64,000 bases of DNA from a phage. Location: sequence record PZ452608.1; one strand, written 5' to 3'. Within the stretch, counting starts at the first letter, position 1. The number at the start of each line of letters is the position of its first letter. The notes under the pieces were generated by a model, which worked only from the letters and a program-made list of their open reading frames with translations, ran no database searches and had not been told where the DNA came from. The position numbers and the translations under genes were made by a program. Positions 10,618-26,319 of the stretch are shown here, piece after piece.

Positions 10618-11016
10618 ATGAAAACAGAATTTAGAGTAATTAATGGTAAGAAAGTAAATATCGTTCTGCTTGGGGCGAGAGATGGTATTAAGATGTCTAT
10701 GAAGTTGGGTAAAATTGTTGTTCCAACCTTTGCACAGATGCTGTCAAGTCTGACTGATAAAGACAAGAAAGAAGCTCCAATGGTTCCATTTAAAGAACTT
10801 GTTGAAGCTTGTTTTGACAGAATTGAAGAAATTAACCTTGAAGAGATGGCAACCTTATTATTTCAAGGGGCAACTGTTGATGACTTCCCACTAAATATTG
10901 ATACCTATTTCCAAGCAAACTACGGTGAATTTATTGACTACTTAGCATTTGCGCTGGAGGCAAACTTCGGAAGTTTTTTCGAAGCAAGCATTTTCAAAAG
11001 CCTAACTTCTCAGTAA
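10618..11016 (+). CDS. Tail assembly chaperone (G-like)
   Basis: Small acidic ORF between tube and tape measure; contains slippery heptamer near its 3-prime end. Confidence 0.6.
   Translation: MKTEFRVINGKKVNIVLLGARDGIKMSMKLGKIVVPTFAQMLSSLTDKDKKEAPMVPFKELVEACFDRIEEINLEEMATLLFQGATVDDFPLNIDTYFQANYGEFIDYLAFALEANFGSFFEASIFKSLTSQ
10974..10980 (+). other. -1 programmed ribosomal frameshift slippery heptamer T_TTT_TTC
   Basis: Zero-frame codons agT TTT TTC; the -1 frame is open from here into the ATG of the next ORF at 11019. Confidence 0.55.
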
Positions 11017-11018
11017 AC

Positions 11019-11257
11019 ATGGGTAACACTCTACAGACACCACTAACTGATGCTGCTGTAGAGGCAACCTATGAAGAAGCAGACGAGATGAAATTTGTGC
11101 TTGCTATTTATGGTATGGAAGGGTGTAAAGAAACACTTGACCAACTCTTTGCTATGACATTCTCTGATTTATTATCATTGAGACAATTTCTTGAGATTCA
11201 GAGGTCGTATAAAGAGGAAATTGCTTACAACGAACTTAGAAGAGCAGGAAAAATGTA

Positions 11258-11258
<1 letters not shown>
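11019..11258 (+). CDS. Tail assembly chaperone frameshift extension (GT-like) or separate small chaperone
   Basis: 79 aa ORF in the -1 frame relative to 10618..11016, immediately upstream of tape measure. Confidence 0.55.
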
Positions 11259-16642
<5,384 letters not shown>

Positions 16643-16643
<1 letters not shown>

Positions 16644-18112
16644 TGGCAGGATTAACTACAACAGGATTACAAACTCTAAGATATCAGGAAATTTTTGATA
16701 ATATCAAATCAAGACTTCTTAGAGATATTTCACCAAACCTTGACGTTTCTGAAGATAGCCAATTAGGTCTCTTCCTAGCTTCAATTGCAAGGTCTTTAGC
16801 AGATACACATGAGATTCTATCAGAAATCTATGACGGCGGGACAATTGACAAGGCTGAAGGATTTAACCTTGATGATATTACAGCTTTGAATGCTGTATAC
16901 AGATATGTTGCTCAGGCAACAAGGGGTCAGGTTGAGTTCACTGGAACAACTGGTGCTACCATCTCTTCAACAACAAGATTGAGAAGTACTGCTGGAAATA
17001 TCTTTTATCCAGTTAACAATATTACCCTTACCCCATCATATTGTGTTGAAGCTGTTCTTGAAGTTAACTCTTTACGAACTGATGCAGATTATGTTATTAT
17101 TATTGATAACGTTATTTTCTCATATAAACCAACCTCATCAGACACAATTACCACACTCCTAACTAAATTAGCAGAGGCTATTAATGGTGGTATTGTAGCA
17201 AAAGCAGAAGTTATCAATGATGGAGCCGCATTAAGAGTCTATAAAGATGAGGGTGATATCATTGCAAGAACAAATCCTATGGTTGTCACTGCGACAACGT
17301 TTCTGACCTTTACAAAGATTACAACTATCTCAGATGTAGTAGCTGAAGAGGTTGGTGCTATTCCTGCTTTAGCTGGAACTCTTATTGAGATTGAGACAAC
17401 TGTTGATGGCCTTGACAGCATCTATAACAGGTATGACTTAACAACTGGTAGAAACGAAGAAACTGACACAGAACTTAGACAGAGGTATTTAGAATCCTTA
17501 GCAGTTACTGGTGTAGGGACTTTGGATGCAATTGTAGCTGCTGTTAAAAGGGTTCAAGGTGTCTCAGATGCTTCAGGTATTGAAAATGATACTGAAGAGA
17601 CGAACTCAGAAGGTCTTCCACCAAAATCTTTTAAGATTGTCGTAGTCGGTGGTCAAAATGATAATGTTGCTCAAGCAATCTGGGATACAAAACCTGCTGG
17701 TATTAGAGCTTACGGCTCAATTTTTGGTACAGCCCATGATTTAGGTGGTTTAGCACATAATATTTACTTTAGCAGACCAACACCAAAATACGCATTTGTT
17801 AAAGTATCTTACTCATTATATGACGAAGAAAGCTTGACAATCCCTGAAGAGGATATCAGAGACAGTATTGTACAAGGTATTAATGCCTACGGAAGAACTC
17901 TTAAGGTTGGTAATGACGTTATCCCTAACAGAATCTACGGATATATCTATGACGTAATTAAAGGTATTGAGATTAACGAGGTTAAAGTAGCCTTATCAAA
18001 CAGCCAATCAGTTCCACCTAGTGACGGACAATATACTACAGCAAGAATTACTGTTGACGGTGACCAATATACTGTTTGGGAAAGCAGTCAGTATACCATC
18101 ACTAAGGAGTAA
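16643..18112 (+). CDS. Baseplate J-like protein (candidate)
   Basis: 489 aa ORF in conserved position between wedge-sized and gpI-sized genes. Confidence 0.5.
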
Positions 18113-18114
18113 CA

Positions 18115-18969
18115 ATGTTTGAAAAGATTGATAGTGTTTATTATAAAACACTTGATGAAAGAACTGTAACACAGTTTAAAGATAAGTTTATCTATACAAG
18201 CATCTTGAAAGCAATCACTGATGAGTTACAAACCTTAGAAGATGTTTGCTGGCAAATGCACACAGAGAGGAATATTAGGACGTCAGTAGGCCAACAACTT
18301 GATAATATTGGCTCACTGATTAAAGTTCCTAGACCTTTAGGTGCTGATGATGAAACATACAGAGCTATGCTTTATATCCAAATCTTCCTAAGACGTTCTG
18401 ATACTACTCCAACATTCTTGCAAAAAGCAATTATGACATTGTATGGTGCAACTTTCTCTCAGATTTTTGAGCATATTACTCCTAAGACTGGTGGTATCGT
18501 TATCCGTATTAATACTAGAAAAAGCGTTCTTGATGCTGCATATACACTGTCAAAGATTTCTGCAACAACCACTGGTTCCGCTGTTATCTTAAGAGATGTT
18601 ACTTTAAATGGGACTGCTTGGACACCTGTAGAGGTTGCTGATTCATCACTTGCTATTGTTGATGATAAAGAGAACTGGTTTGTAACTGATGCTAACAGGG
18701 GTCTGGTAACAAATAACACTGGTGGCTCTCTGGAGTCCAACCTAGTAGGGAGTCTTGCAGATGCTGGTGTTATTGATGGTTACTTTAAGGTTGACAGAAC
18801 AGCAAACCCACAGAGCGATGATTATATGACTGTAGATAGGTCTAATAATAGTGGCTATTTCATTGCTGGTAAAGAAGCTATTGCAGGTGGTGCATATGGA
18901 ATCATGGCTGAGGTTGCACAAATTGTCAAAGGCAGAAAAGATAAATCACAACAAGAAGGAAATTCTTAA
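18115..18969 (+). CDS. Baseplate / tail-fibre attachment protein (gpI-like, candidate)
   Basis: 284 aa ORF following J-like gene. Confidence 0.4.
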   Translation: MFEKIDSVYYKTLDERTVTQFKDKFIYTSILKAITDELQTLEDVCWQMHTERNIRTSVGQQLDNIGSLIKVPRPLGADDETYRAMLYIQIFLRRSDTTPTFLQKAIMTLYGATFSQIFEHITPKTGGIVIRINTRKSVLDAAYTLSKISATTTGSAVILRDVTLNGTAWTPVEVADSSLAIVDDKENWFVTDANRGLVTNNTGGSLESNLVGSLADAGVIDGYFKVDRTANPQSDDYMTVDRSNNSGYFIAGKEAIAGGAYGIMAEVAQIVKGRKDKSQQEGNS

Positions 18970-19271
18970 TGGCAGTTCTAAATTGGTCTACAAACGAAGT
19001 AGATACTGATGGTAATCAGTTAAAAGTTTTACCACCACCGGAAGTTCAAGAGACAGGTCTTTTAAAGGGTGAGCCTATGGGTAGACAGTGGTTCAACTAT
19101 ATTATCAACTACCTGCTGAATAAAGTAAATGGCACTGTTGGTGAAGTTCGTTCATATGCAACTGAGCAACCAGATTTAGTGGCTAATGGCTGGAATCTCA
19201 TTAAGTCTGAGACAGGGACTGCATCAACAAGTACAAGAAACCTTTACACATATGAATATGTAGGAGCTTAA
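18969..19271 (+). CDS. Hypothetical tail protein
   Basis: 100 aa ORF before first fibre gene. Confidence 0.4.
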   Translation: MAVLNWSTNEVDTDGNQLKVLPPPEVQETGLLKGEPMGRQWFNYIINYLLNKVNGTVGEVRSYATEQPDLVANGWNLIKSETGTASTSTRNLYTYEYVGA

Positions 19272-19273
19272 TA

Positions 19274-20449
19274 ATGGCAGTAGGTGAAATTCAAATTAGT
19301 GCCTTGCCACAAGCGGCCTTACCAGTTGATTTGAGTGATATCTTCCACCTTAAGCAAGGTGTTGAGGATAAAAGATGTACGCTTGAGCAGTTGTTAGCAC
19401 CTCACGCATCTTTGAGGAATAACCCTCATGGTGTAACTAAATCACAAGTAGGTCTTGATAATGTTATTAACTCTCTTCAATTAGTTGCAGCTAATAACTT
19501 GTCAGATATTGTAAGTGTTGCTGAGGCAAGAGCAAATCTACAAATTATGTCGTCAGAGGAAGTGAATAACTTAATTCAGCAACATATTGACGACAAAAGT
19601 AACCCACACAATACAACGAAAGCACAGGTTGGTTTAAGTAATGTTCAGAACTGGACAACATCTAATCTGTACAATGAAGATGCTGATAAGTATGCTACCG
19701 CGAAAGCAGTTAATAATTTATACAAAGCTATCCAAGCGTCATATCCAGTAGGGACTATTCATCTATCTGTTAACTCTGCTAACCCATCCACTTACTTGCT
19801 TTGTGGAGGTACTTGGGAGTTAGTTTCTAAAGGTAGAGCACTAGTTGGTTATGATACAGATTCTAGACCTGTTGGTTCAACGTTTGGTTCTCAGACTGTA
19901 GCATTAACAAATAATAATTTACCAGCACATACTCACTCTATCTATCTAACAGGTGGTGGTCATACACACTCTGCAAGTGTATCTATCTCTAGTTTTGATT
20001 ATGGTTCAAAAAGTACATCAACTTTTGATTACGGTACAAAAACGACTAATAGTGCTGGTGCTCACACTCACACGTTTAGTGGCACAACAAGTAATGCTGG
20101 TAACCACAACCATAGAGTCCCTATGAGGGGTAATGATAGGGGTGGCACAAACGCTATTACTGCATCTGCTGATGCTGGTGTTGGTAATGCTATGTATACT
20201 GATTTAGCTGGTGCTCACACCCATAGCTTCTCAGGTACAACTGCATCATCTGGTGCTCATAGCCATACTGTCGCAATTGGTGCTCACAGCCACACTGTTA
20301 ATATTGGTTCGCACAGTCATACAGGCACTGTTACTGTTTCTAGCTCTGAGCATACACACTCAGGGACATCTGGTTCTGTTGGTGGTGGTCAAGCTTTCAG
20401 TGTTGAGCAGCCATCTTTTGTAGTGTATGTGTGGCAGAGAACAGCTTAA
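19274..20449 (+). CDS. Tail fibre protein with His-x-His metal-binding C-terminal domain
   Basis: C-terminal repeats GAHTHTFSG, NHNHRVP, GAHSHTVAIGAHSHTVNIGSHSHTG and SFDYGTKT, as in T4 gp12/gp37-type receptor-binding tips. Confidence 0.7.
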   Translation: MAVGEIQISALPQAALPVDLSDIFHLKQGVEDKRCTLEQLLAPHASLRNNPHGVTKSQVGLDNVINSLQLVAANNLSDIVSVAEARANLQIMSSEEVNNLIQQHIDDKSNPHNTTKAQVGLSNVQNWTTSNLYNEDADKYATAKAVNNLYKAIQASYPVGTIHLSVNSANPSTYLLCGGTWELVSKGRALVGYDTDSRPVGSTFGSQTVALTNNNLPAHTHSIYLTGGGHTHSASVSISSFDYGSKSTSTFDYGTKTTNSAGAHTHTFSGTTSNAGNHNHRVPMRGNDRGGTNAITASADAGVGNAMYTDLAGAHTHSFSGTTASSGAHSHTVAIGAHSHTVNIGSHSHTGTVTVSSSEHTHSGTSGSVGGGQAFSVEQPSFVVYVWQRTA

Positions 20450-20458
20450 TTTCTTTAC

Positions 20459-20479
20459 AGGGGCTATAAAGCCCCTTTT
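20459..20479 (+). terminator. Terminator-like hairpin between the two fibre genes (weak)
   Basis: AGGGGCT-ATAA-AGCCCCT stem-loop followed by only four T. Confidence 0.35.
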
Positions 20480-20495
20480 AAGAGGAAAATTCATA

Positions 20496-23042
20496 ATGGC
20501 AGATTACAAATTGAGTCAGTTAAACTCAATCGACACAATTCGTTCAGAAGACCTATTGCACATCAGAGTTAAGAAAAGACCTGAAATGTTGGGTGACGAA
20601 GACCGTAGAATGACCTATCAAGACTTCTTAGCTTCCTTCAAACTAGAAAGGTTTGTTCAGATTGCTGGAAGCACTATGACGGGGGATTTAGGTATTGTCA
20701 AGTTACTTTACGGTGGTAAGGCAGTATTTGACCCTACAGGTTCTTCTGAAATTACTATTGGGGATGTTTTAAAGACTTTTAAACTTAACGCAAGTGGTCT
20801 TAAACTAACTATTGCAGATGCTTCAAGGTCAGCAACTGTTTATCATACTCTGAATAAGCCAAGTCCTAATGAGCTTGGTATGAGAACTAATGAAGAGAAT
20901 GACGCAAGATATGCAAGACTTGCTATCACAAACACATTCTCTGGGACTCAGAACATTCAAGGTGATGCTAACTTACTTCGCCTTAGAAACCAAAATGCAA
21001 ATAATGCACAATATATTGAAGGTGTAAACCTAGATGGTTCGGCTAGATGGTGGGTTGGTATTGGTAGTAATGGCTCTGACGAAGTAAAGCTGTGCAATAA
21101 CAAATACAACTCAGTCTTGACTGTTGCAAGTAATATCTCTGTTAATAAGTCTTTAGCAATCACTGGTCAAGTTCAGCCTTCTGATTTCTCTAACTTAGAT
21201 GCTAGATACTTTACTCAGACGGCAGCTAATCAGAGATTTGCACAGTTAGCTGGCAATAATACTTTTACAGGTGCTAACACTTTCACTAACCTTGTTGCTA
21301 AGAAGAATGCTAATGCCATTACTTTGCAGAATACTGATGCAAATACAGCACTTTACATTCTCGGTAAGAAGTCTGATGGAACAAATAAATGGTATGTTGG
21401 TACAGATTCTGACGAGACACGTCTAAACATTTATAACTACCTTACAGGTTCACAGGTTTCACTAGGTACTACTATTGGTATCAATAAAACTGTGCAAATC
21501 ACTGGACAAGTCCAACCTTCAGATTGGGCTAACATTGACTCTAGATATATTCCGGTAGCAACATTAAGTACGATTGCAAGAACTAATGCAAGGAATACTT
21601 TTAATGGTGTACAGACAGTTGTTACGGATAATGAAGGTCTGATTGTTAAAAACTCTACTCAGAATAGACCATTATATATTCGTGGTGTGGACACTACTAA
21701 TGTATCAAGATGGTGGATTGGTGTTGGTGGTGCTGACACGAATGATGTTACCCTAAATAACAGTTATTCTGGAACCCAATTGGTTCTCGGGAATACAACA
21801 TCATACATTAACAAAACATTGACTATTGCTGGACAAGTTCAACCTTCAGATTTCTCTAACTTAGATGCTAGATACTTTACGCAAAGTGCTAGTGATAGTA
21901 GATACCTAAGAATCAGAAGCACTAGCTTCAATGTGGGAAACACTGATAAGTGGGCTAAAATTGCCACTGTTGTGATGCCACAATCAGCATCCACTGCTGT
22001 TATTGAGGTATTTGGTGGGTCAGGTTTTAATATTAATACACCAAACCAAGCAGGTAAATGTGAAATTGTTCTGCGAACTTCAAATAACAATCCAAAGGGC
22101 TTAAATGTTGTTGCTTGGAGAACATCAGAGAACACCATTGTCAGGGATATTGGTTATGTGAATACTTCTGGAGACACCTATGATATTTACTATCTTGCTG
22201 GTACGTATCAAAACAGCACAACGACAAGGGTTCAGTCTTCTAGTAATGCAAGTGTACAGTTGTTTGAAGTCCCACAGACATTTGATGATGCTCCACAAGG
22301 TATTGTGAAGGGTACAATTGCAAAATACTACACAAGTTTGCAAAAACCAACCCCTTCAGATATTGGTGCATACACTAAAGCAGAGACTGACCAGAAGATT
22401 GCAGAAGCAATTAGTGACTCTACAGACCTGAATAAAATCTATCCAGTAGGTATTGTGACGTGGTTTAACAGTAATGTCAACCCAAACACAGCACTTCCTG
22501 GGTTAACTTGGACGTACCTGAATAATGGTGTTGGTAGAACTATTAGAATTGCAGCAGCAAACGGTTCAGATGTTGCTACAACTGGTGGTTCAGACTCTGT
22601 AACGTTGTCTGTTGGTAACTTACCTTCACACACGCACAGCTTCTCTGCTACTACTTCATCATTTGACTATGGTACTAAGACTTCTAGCACAACTGGTAAC
22701 CACAACCACAACAGAGGTACTATGGAGATTACTGGTTCATTTGGTTACTTCAGAAGTGACGCTAGTAGCTTCTACACAGCAAGTGGTGCATTCTACCTCG
22801 GTAGTCAGGCAGGTTCTAAAGGGTATACTGGTAACAACTTTACTAATGGTATCCCTGTCAACTTCAACGCATCAAGAAACTGGTCTGGTGTAACGAATAC
22901 AACAGGTAACCACAGCCACACTGTTGGTATTGGTGCTCACAGCCACACAGTTAGCGGTAACACAGGTGGTACTGGTTCTGGTTCAGCATTTAGTGTTACT
23001 AACCAGTTCTATAAGTTAATGGCTTGGGTAAGAACTGCTTAA
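20496..23042 (+). CDS. Long tail fibre protein with internal tandem repeats and His-x-His C-terminal domain
   Basis: ATG at 20496 with AGAGGAAAA RBS (track start 20427 is upstream); three approx 110-aa tandem repeats ending ITGQVQPSDFSNLDARYFTQ; C-terminal PSHTHSFSATT, NHNHNRG, NHSHTVGIGAHSHTVSGN. Confidence 0.75.
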   Translation: MADYKLSQLNSIDTIRSEDLLHIRVKKRPEMLGDEDRRMTYQDFLASFKLERFVQIAGSTMTGDLGIVKLLYGGKAVFDPTGSSEITIGDVLKTFKLNASGLKLTIADASRSATVYHTLNKPSPNELGMRTNEENDARYARLAITNTFSGTQNIQGDANLLRLRNQNANNAQYIEGVNLDGSARWWVGIGSNGSDEVKLCNNKYNSVLTVASNISVNKSLAITGQVQPSDFSNLDARYFTQTAANQRFAQLAGNNTFTGANTFTNLVAKKNANAITLQNTDANTALYILGKKSDGTNKWYVGTDSDETRLNIYNYLTGSQVSLGTTIGINKTVQITGQVQPSDWANIDSRYIPVATLSTIARTNARNTFNGVQTVVTDNEGLIVKNSTQNRPLYIRGVDTTNVSRWWIGVGGADTNDVTLNNSYSGTQLVLGNTTSYINKTLTIAGQVQPSDFSNLDARYFTQSASDSRYLRIRSTSFNVGNTDKWAKIATVVMPQSASTAVIEVFGGSGFNINTPNQAGKCEIVLRTSNNNPKGLNVVAWRTSENTIVRDIGYVNTSGDTYDIYYLAGTYQNSTTTRVQSSSNASVQLFEVPQTFDDAPQGIVKGTIAKYYTSLQKPTPSDIGAYTKAETDQKIAEAISDSTDLNKIYPVGIVTWFNSNVNPNTALPGLTWTYLNNGVGRTIRIAAANGSDVATTGGSDSVTLSVGNLPSHTHSFSATTSSFDYGTKTSSTTGNHNHNRGTMEITGSFGYFRSDASSFYTASGAFYLGSQAGSKGYTGNNFTNGIPVNFNASRNWSGVTNTTGNHSHTVGIGAHSHTVSGNTGGTGSGSAFSVTNQFYKLMAWVRTA
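20928..21911 (+). repeat. Three tandem approx 330-bp in-frame repeats inside the long fibre gene
   Basis: Repeat units each carry NTF(S/T/N)G ... (W)WVG.G ... I(T/A)GQVQPSD(F/W)(S/A)N(L/I)D(A/S)RY; cores near 21159, 21498 and 21825. Confidence 0.7.
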
Positions 23043-23049
23043 TCCCTTG

Positions 23050-23078
23050 TTGACTGATTGTTAAGATGGTGTTAATAT
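23050..23078 (+). promoter_or_regulatory. Sigma70-like promoter TTGACT-N17-TAATAT with TGn extension
   Basis: TTGACT at 23050-23055, TGt then TAATAT at 23073-23078, about 45 nt upstream of the 23122 ORF. Confidence 0.45.
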
Positions 23079-23121
23079 TCTTTATGGGTATTCTCACCAT
23101 CTTGGCTGATGAGGTGATTAA

Positions 23122-23316
23122 ATGCCTACAATCCTAGCAATTCTTCTAAAAAATCTAGGTAGCTTCTTCTGGAAACTCATTTTATCCCTTCTAAGTGAAT
23201 ACATGATTGAGAAAGTGTTCTTTAAGCTTGCAAGATACCTTGCGAGTAAAACAGATACACCTATTGATGATGAGTTCGTAGATAACTTAGAAAAAGCTTT
23301 TAAGGGGGAGAAATAA
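23122..23316 (+). CDS. Small hydrophobic membrane protein (holin-like candidate)
   Basis: 64 aa, hydrophobic N-terminal segment ILAILLKNLGSFFWKLILSLL; GAGGTGA RBS. Confidence 0.45.
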   Translation: MPTILAILLKNLGSFFWKLILSLLSEYMIEKVFFKLARYLASKTDTPIDDEFVDNLEKAFKGEK

Positions 23317-23688
23317 ATGAAGTGGCTAGAGGAAGCTTTTAAAAATAATATTGGTGCAATTGTAGTTGGTATTTTTAGTGTTATTGGGATGTATACCACT
23401 ATGCAAGTCTCAAGTGGTAAGCAGGAAGTGTCTGTCACAACAAAGTTACAGCAGCTAGATAATTATTCCAAAAGTAACTATTCAGCTATTCGTGATTTAC
23501 AGTCTGACATGAGATTGATTCAGCTAGGGATGGAGAACCAGAAAGTTCAGTTAGAGAATGTTAAGGGTGAAAACGCAAAACTTACCAAAACCCTTGATAA
23601 ATTCTCTGACAGTGTGAACAATCTGGCTCAATCAGTATCAGCCTTGCAAGCTATTACTGAAAAGAACACAAAGAATACTGAAAAATAA
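23317..23688 (+). CDS. Membrane-anchored coiled-coil protein
   Basis: N-terminal TM segment IGAIVVGIFSVIGMYTT then Gln/Leu-rich coiled coil. Confidence 0.45.
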   Translation: MKWLEEAFKNNIGAIVVGIFSVIGMYTTMQVSSGKQEVSVTTKLQQLDNYSKSNYSAIRDLQSDMRLIQLGMENQKVQLENVKGENAKLTKTLDKFSDSVNNLAQSVSALQAITEKNTKNTEK

Positions 23689-23693
23689 AATTT

Positions 23694-23721
23694 AAGGCTC
23701 CCGTAAAAAGGAGCCTTTTTT
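23694..23721. terminator. Bidirectional intrinsic terminator between convergent operons
   Basis: Stem AAGGCTCC / GGAGCCTT with T-run on + strand and U-rich run on - strand; sits between the + strand stop at 23688 and the - strand stop at 23726. Confidence 0.7.
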
Positions 23722-23725
23722 GTTT

Positions 23726-24625
23726 TTACTTACCTACTGACAGAGGTGCTTCAATCTTCCCTGCATGTTGGTAGTTGTTAATACCACCAATAAAATCACT
23801 TGCAGTAAGATGTTTCAGGTCACTCAGGGTGTTAAGCTGTACACCAATCTCAAAAGTAGGTGCATGGAACTCTTCATTGTTCATCAGTTCATAAACCTGT
23901 TTCATATGGTTCTGATAAATCTGAGTATCTCCAAAGACACCTATCAAGTACCGTGGAGTGTATCCAGTCATCTTACAAAGAACTTCTAAGATGAAACCAT
24001 AAGACGCAATATTAAACGGAAGTCCTAAAAAGGTGTCTACTGAACGTTGATACCACTGTAAGTCAACTTCACCCTCATTAGTGATATAAATCTGAAACAG
24101 AACATGACAAGGTGCTAAAGCCATTGAGTTTGCTGCAATATCTGCTGCATTCCAAGCATTAACAAGCATGTAACGGTCTGTGATATCACCCTTCATCTTC
24201 GTTACTAAGGTCTCTAGCTGGTCTACAACACAACCATTATGACCTTCAAAGTTTCTCCACTGAACCCCATAGATTCTCCCACCTGCATCTTCTAACCAAT
24301 CTTGTTCAGAAGAATAATTAGAACTTAACCAGCGTTTAAAATCATCTGACCAGATAGTCCAGCGTTCCCCATCATTTTCACCCCAAGTGCGATAACGGAG
24401 TTCACCAAGCTTATTCTCGCCGTTCAGGAACCATAAAGCTTCCCCAATAACTTGCCGTGTAAACACCTGTTTAGATGTTAAGAGCGGGAAACCAGTTCGC
24501 ATATCAAAACGAAACTTAGGTGGAGCAAATGCAGAGATAACATCTCCAGTTCGTGTAGTACGCAGTTCACCAACTGATAAAACGTGGTTCAGTATATTTT
24601 TATAACTTGAATCTGCTTGTGACAT
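23726..24625 (-). CDS. thyA: Thymidylate synthase (ThyA family)
   Basis: Catalytic-Cys motif MALAPCHVLFQIYI, LQWYQRSVDTFLGLPFNIASY and GDTQIYQNH align with canonical ThyA motifs recalled from E. coli ThyA; adjacent DHFR gene. Confidence 0.8.
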   Translation of the reverse strand: MSQADSSYKNILNHVLSVGELRTTRTGDVISAFAPPKFRFDMRTGFPLLTSKQVFTRQVIGEALWFLNGENKLGELRYRTWGENDGERWTIWSDDFKRWLSSNYSSEQDWLEDAGGRIYGVQWRNFEGHNGCVVDQLETLVTKMKGDITDRYMLVNAWNAADIAANSMALAPCHVLFQIYITNEGEVDLQWYQRSVDTFLGLPFNIASYGFILEVLCKMTGYTPRYLIGVFGDTQIYQNHMKQVYELMNNEEFHAPTFEIGVQLNTLSDLKHLTASDFIGGINNYQHAGKIEAPLSVGK

Positions 24626-24626
24626 A

Positions 24627-25172
24627 TCAAAAGTGTCCTTTTACTTGTGGAACATAAATCTCAAAGGTTGCTTTACCATCATCTGATGGTCTTGACTGCA
24701 CCTTTGCAAACACACGGCTATCATACAGTTTATCGAAGAAGTTTTCAAAAGGTAAATACACAGTGGCCTCTTCAGTAACTTTATGGAAAACTGTATGGAA
24801 AACTACACCAGCATACGGCAAAGCATCGACAAGAACACCTGCACCACCAATTACAAAGACATCTTCATCAATAGAGCTATCAAGATACTTCAAAAATGCT
24901 CCAAAGGATTCTTTACTAGCCTTAGCATACATTACATCATCTTTGTCAAAGTCTATACCCAAATATGGAACAGAGTTCGTTAAGACGAGGTTTGTACGTT
25001 CTGGTAAAGGCTTACTACCCAGAGTCTTAAAAGTCTCATTACCCATGACTACTAAGTTGTTTTTAGTGAGTCTCTTAAACTCTTGCATATCCTGTTTATG
25101 TCGAGGCCACGGCATACCAGTTGGAGTACCGAACTCCCCATGTTCACCACTTGCAAAGATTAATTTAATCAT
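24627..25172 (-). CDS. frd: Dihydrofolate reductase
   Basis: N-terminal MIKLIFASGEHGEFGTPTGMPWPRHKQDMQEFKRLTKNNLVVMGNETFKTLG matches DHFR signature region. Confidence 0.8.
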   Translation of the reverse strand: MIKLIFASGEHGEFGTPTGMPWPRHKQDMQEFKRLTKNNLVVMGNETFKTLGSKPLPERTNLVLTNSVPYLGIDFDKDDVMYAKASKESFGAFLKYLDSSIDEDVFVIGGAGVLVDALPYAGVVFHTVFHKVTEEATVYLPFENFFDKLYDSRVFAKVQSRPSDDGKATFEIYVPQVKGHF

Positions 25173-25429
25173 TTTGTAAATCCTTTCTTAATGAACCAGT
25201 TGATAACATTCTTCACAGCTTTATTGCTATGGTAGATTAAGTGTGGTGTAGGTTGGTATGAACCATAAGCCCAGAAAGCAATGATTTCATTACACTCTGT
25301 ACACCTTGTACTCTCTTCAGCGATATGACCGTTGACTATTTCACTTACCTCGCCTTGCAAGTCTGTACACCCACAATGTGGACATCGGATAGGTGTTCCA
25401 TCAGACTCATAGCAGTGTTCAATTTTCAT
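25169..25429 (-). CDS. Hypothetical zinc-ribbon protein
   Basis: CPHCGC ... CTECNE cysteine pairs. Confidence 0.5.
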   Translation of the reverse strand: MKIEHCYESDGTPIRCPHCGCTDLQGEVSEIVNGHIAEESTRCTECNEIIAFWAYGSYQPTPHLIYHSNKAVKNVINWFIKKGFTK

Positions 25430-25945
25430 CTATTTAACCTCAAAAACTGGTTCAAGAACCAATATAAAGTCTACACAGTCATCTTCTTCATCCAGAATAC
25501 CATCAAAGTTCTTAGGAACGAAGTCGAAGAGGCTCATCACAAAACAGTCAGAAGTAACCTTTATAGTTCCTCCCATGTTCTCTACAGTTAACACTGTACG
25601 ACTTTCTTTTACCTCCCTCAGAAGATTACCCACAAAGTCATCTAAGAAGTACTTCATCAATGACTTAAAACCTTTAGGATAATCTGTACCAGAGTATGTT
25701 TCAATCTGAGGTACAAGCTTAACATTTATACTAGTCTTTGTTAAGAATGTGTTAGAGAACATACTATCAGGTAGCTTACAAACAGTCTTTCCAGTACCTT
25801 CATGTTCAATCTCAACAAAACCAGCTTCGTCGCCACATGTAACTATTTTAAAAGATGCTTCATTCTCATACTGTGAAGCCATAAACTTTTTAAGCATTTC
25901 TTTAAGGAAATCTGCATGAGCATCTTGTAAGTAGACATCAATCAT
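25430..25945 (-). CDS. Hypothetical protein
   Basis: 171 aa ORF, ATG start, in - strand operon. Confidence 0.5.
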   Translation of the reverse strand: MIDVYLQDAHADFLKEMLKKFMASQYENEASFKIVTCGDEAGFVEIEHEGTGKTVCKLPDSMFSNTFLTKTSINVKLVPQIETYSGTDYPKGFKSLMKYFLDDFVGNLLREVKESRTVLTVENMGGTIKVTSDCFVMSLFDFVPKNFDGILDEEDDCVDFILVLEPVFEVK

Positions 25946-25958
25946 AGTTAATCACCTA

Positions 25959-26318
25959 TTATGGGAACAAGCACTTAATGTCATCGTTTTTGAAAACAAA
26001 ACTCGTGTAGTTGTGACCATCAACATCCAGCCAAACAGCCTGAACATCTACACCATCAAGATTGTGGTAAAGTTCTTTGATGAAGTGGTCTTTCACAATC
26101 TGGCTGCTAGTTGTTTCCAGCTTAATATTTGAGATTGCTGAACCTACAGCCATATAACCCATGACACGTTTCTTCTCAGTATGCTTAATCTTACCATCTT
26201 TGTAAGCCATAATGAGATTGGAAAGAATTTTTACACCGTAGTACTTTTCAAGGTGAGTAGGTGCACCATAAAAGCCTAATGCGAAGTTTTCAGAGTGGAT
26301 AATGTTTTCACGTTTCAT
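25959..26318 (-). CDS. Hypothetical protein
   Basis: 119 aa ORF in - strand operon. Confidence 0.5.
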   Translation of the reverse strand: MKRENIIHSENFALGFYGAPTHLEKYYGVKILSNLIMAYKDGKIKHTEKKRVMGYMAVGSAISNIKLETTSSQIVKDHFIKELYHNLDGVDVQAVWLDVDGHNYTSFVFKNDDIKCLFP

Positions 26319-26319
26319 A

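Noticed and set aside
20957-22893. Antisense and out-of-frame ORFs inside the long tail fibre gene (20957-21163, 21839-22138, 22125-22343, 22439-22633, 22612-22893)
   Set aside because: They lie entirely inside a long ORF that has clear repeats and motifs; they are typical shadow ORFs.
23726-24625. ThyA homologue as a dCMP or dUMP hydroxymethylase for DNA hypermodification
   Set aside because: The Asn in GDTQIYQNH and the adjacent DHFR gene favour a canonical thymidylate synthase. No glycosyltransferase or other modification genes are visible in the window, although enzymology would be needed to exclude it.
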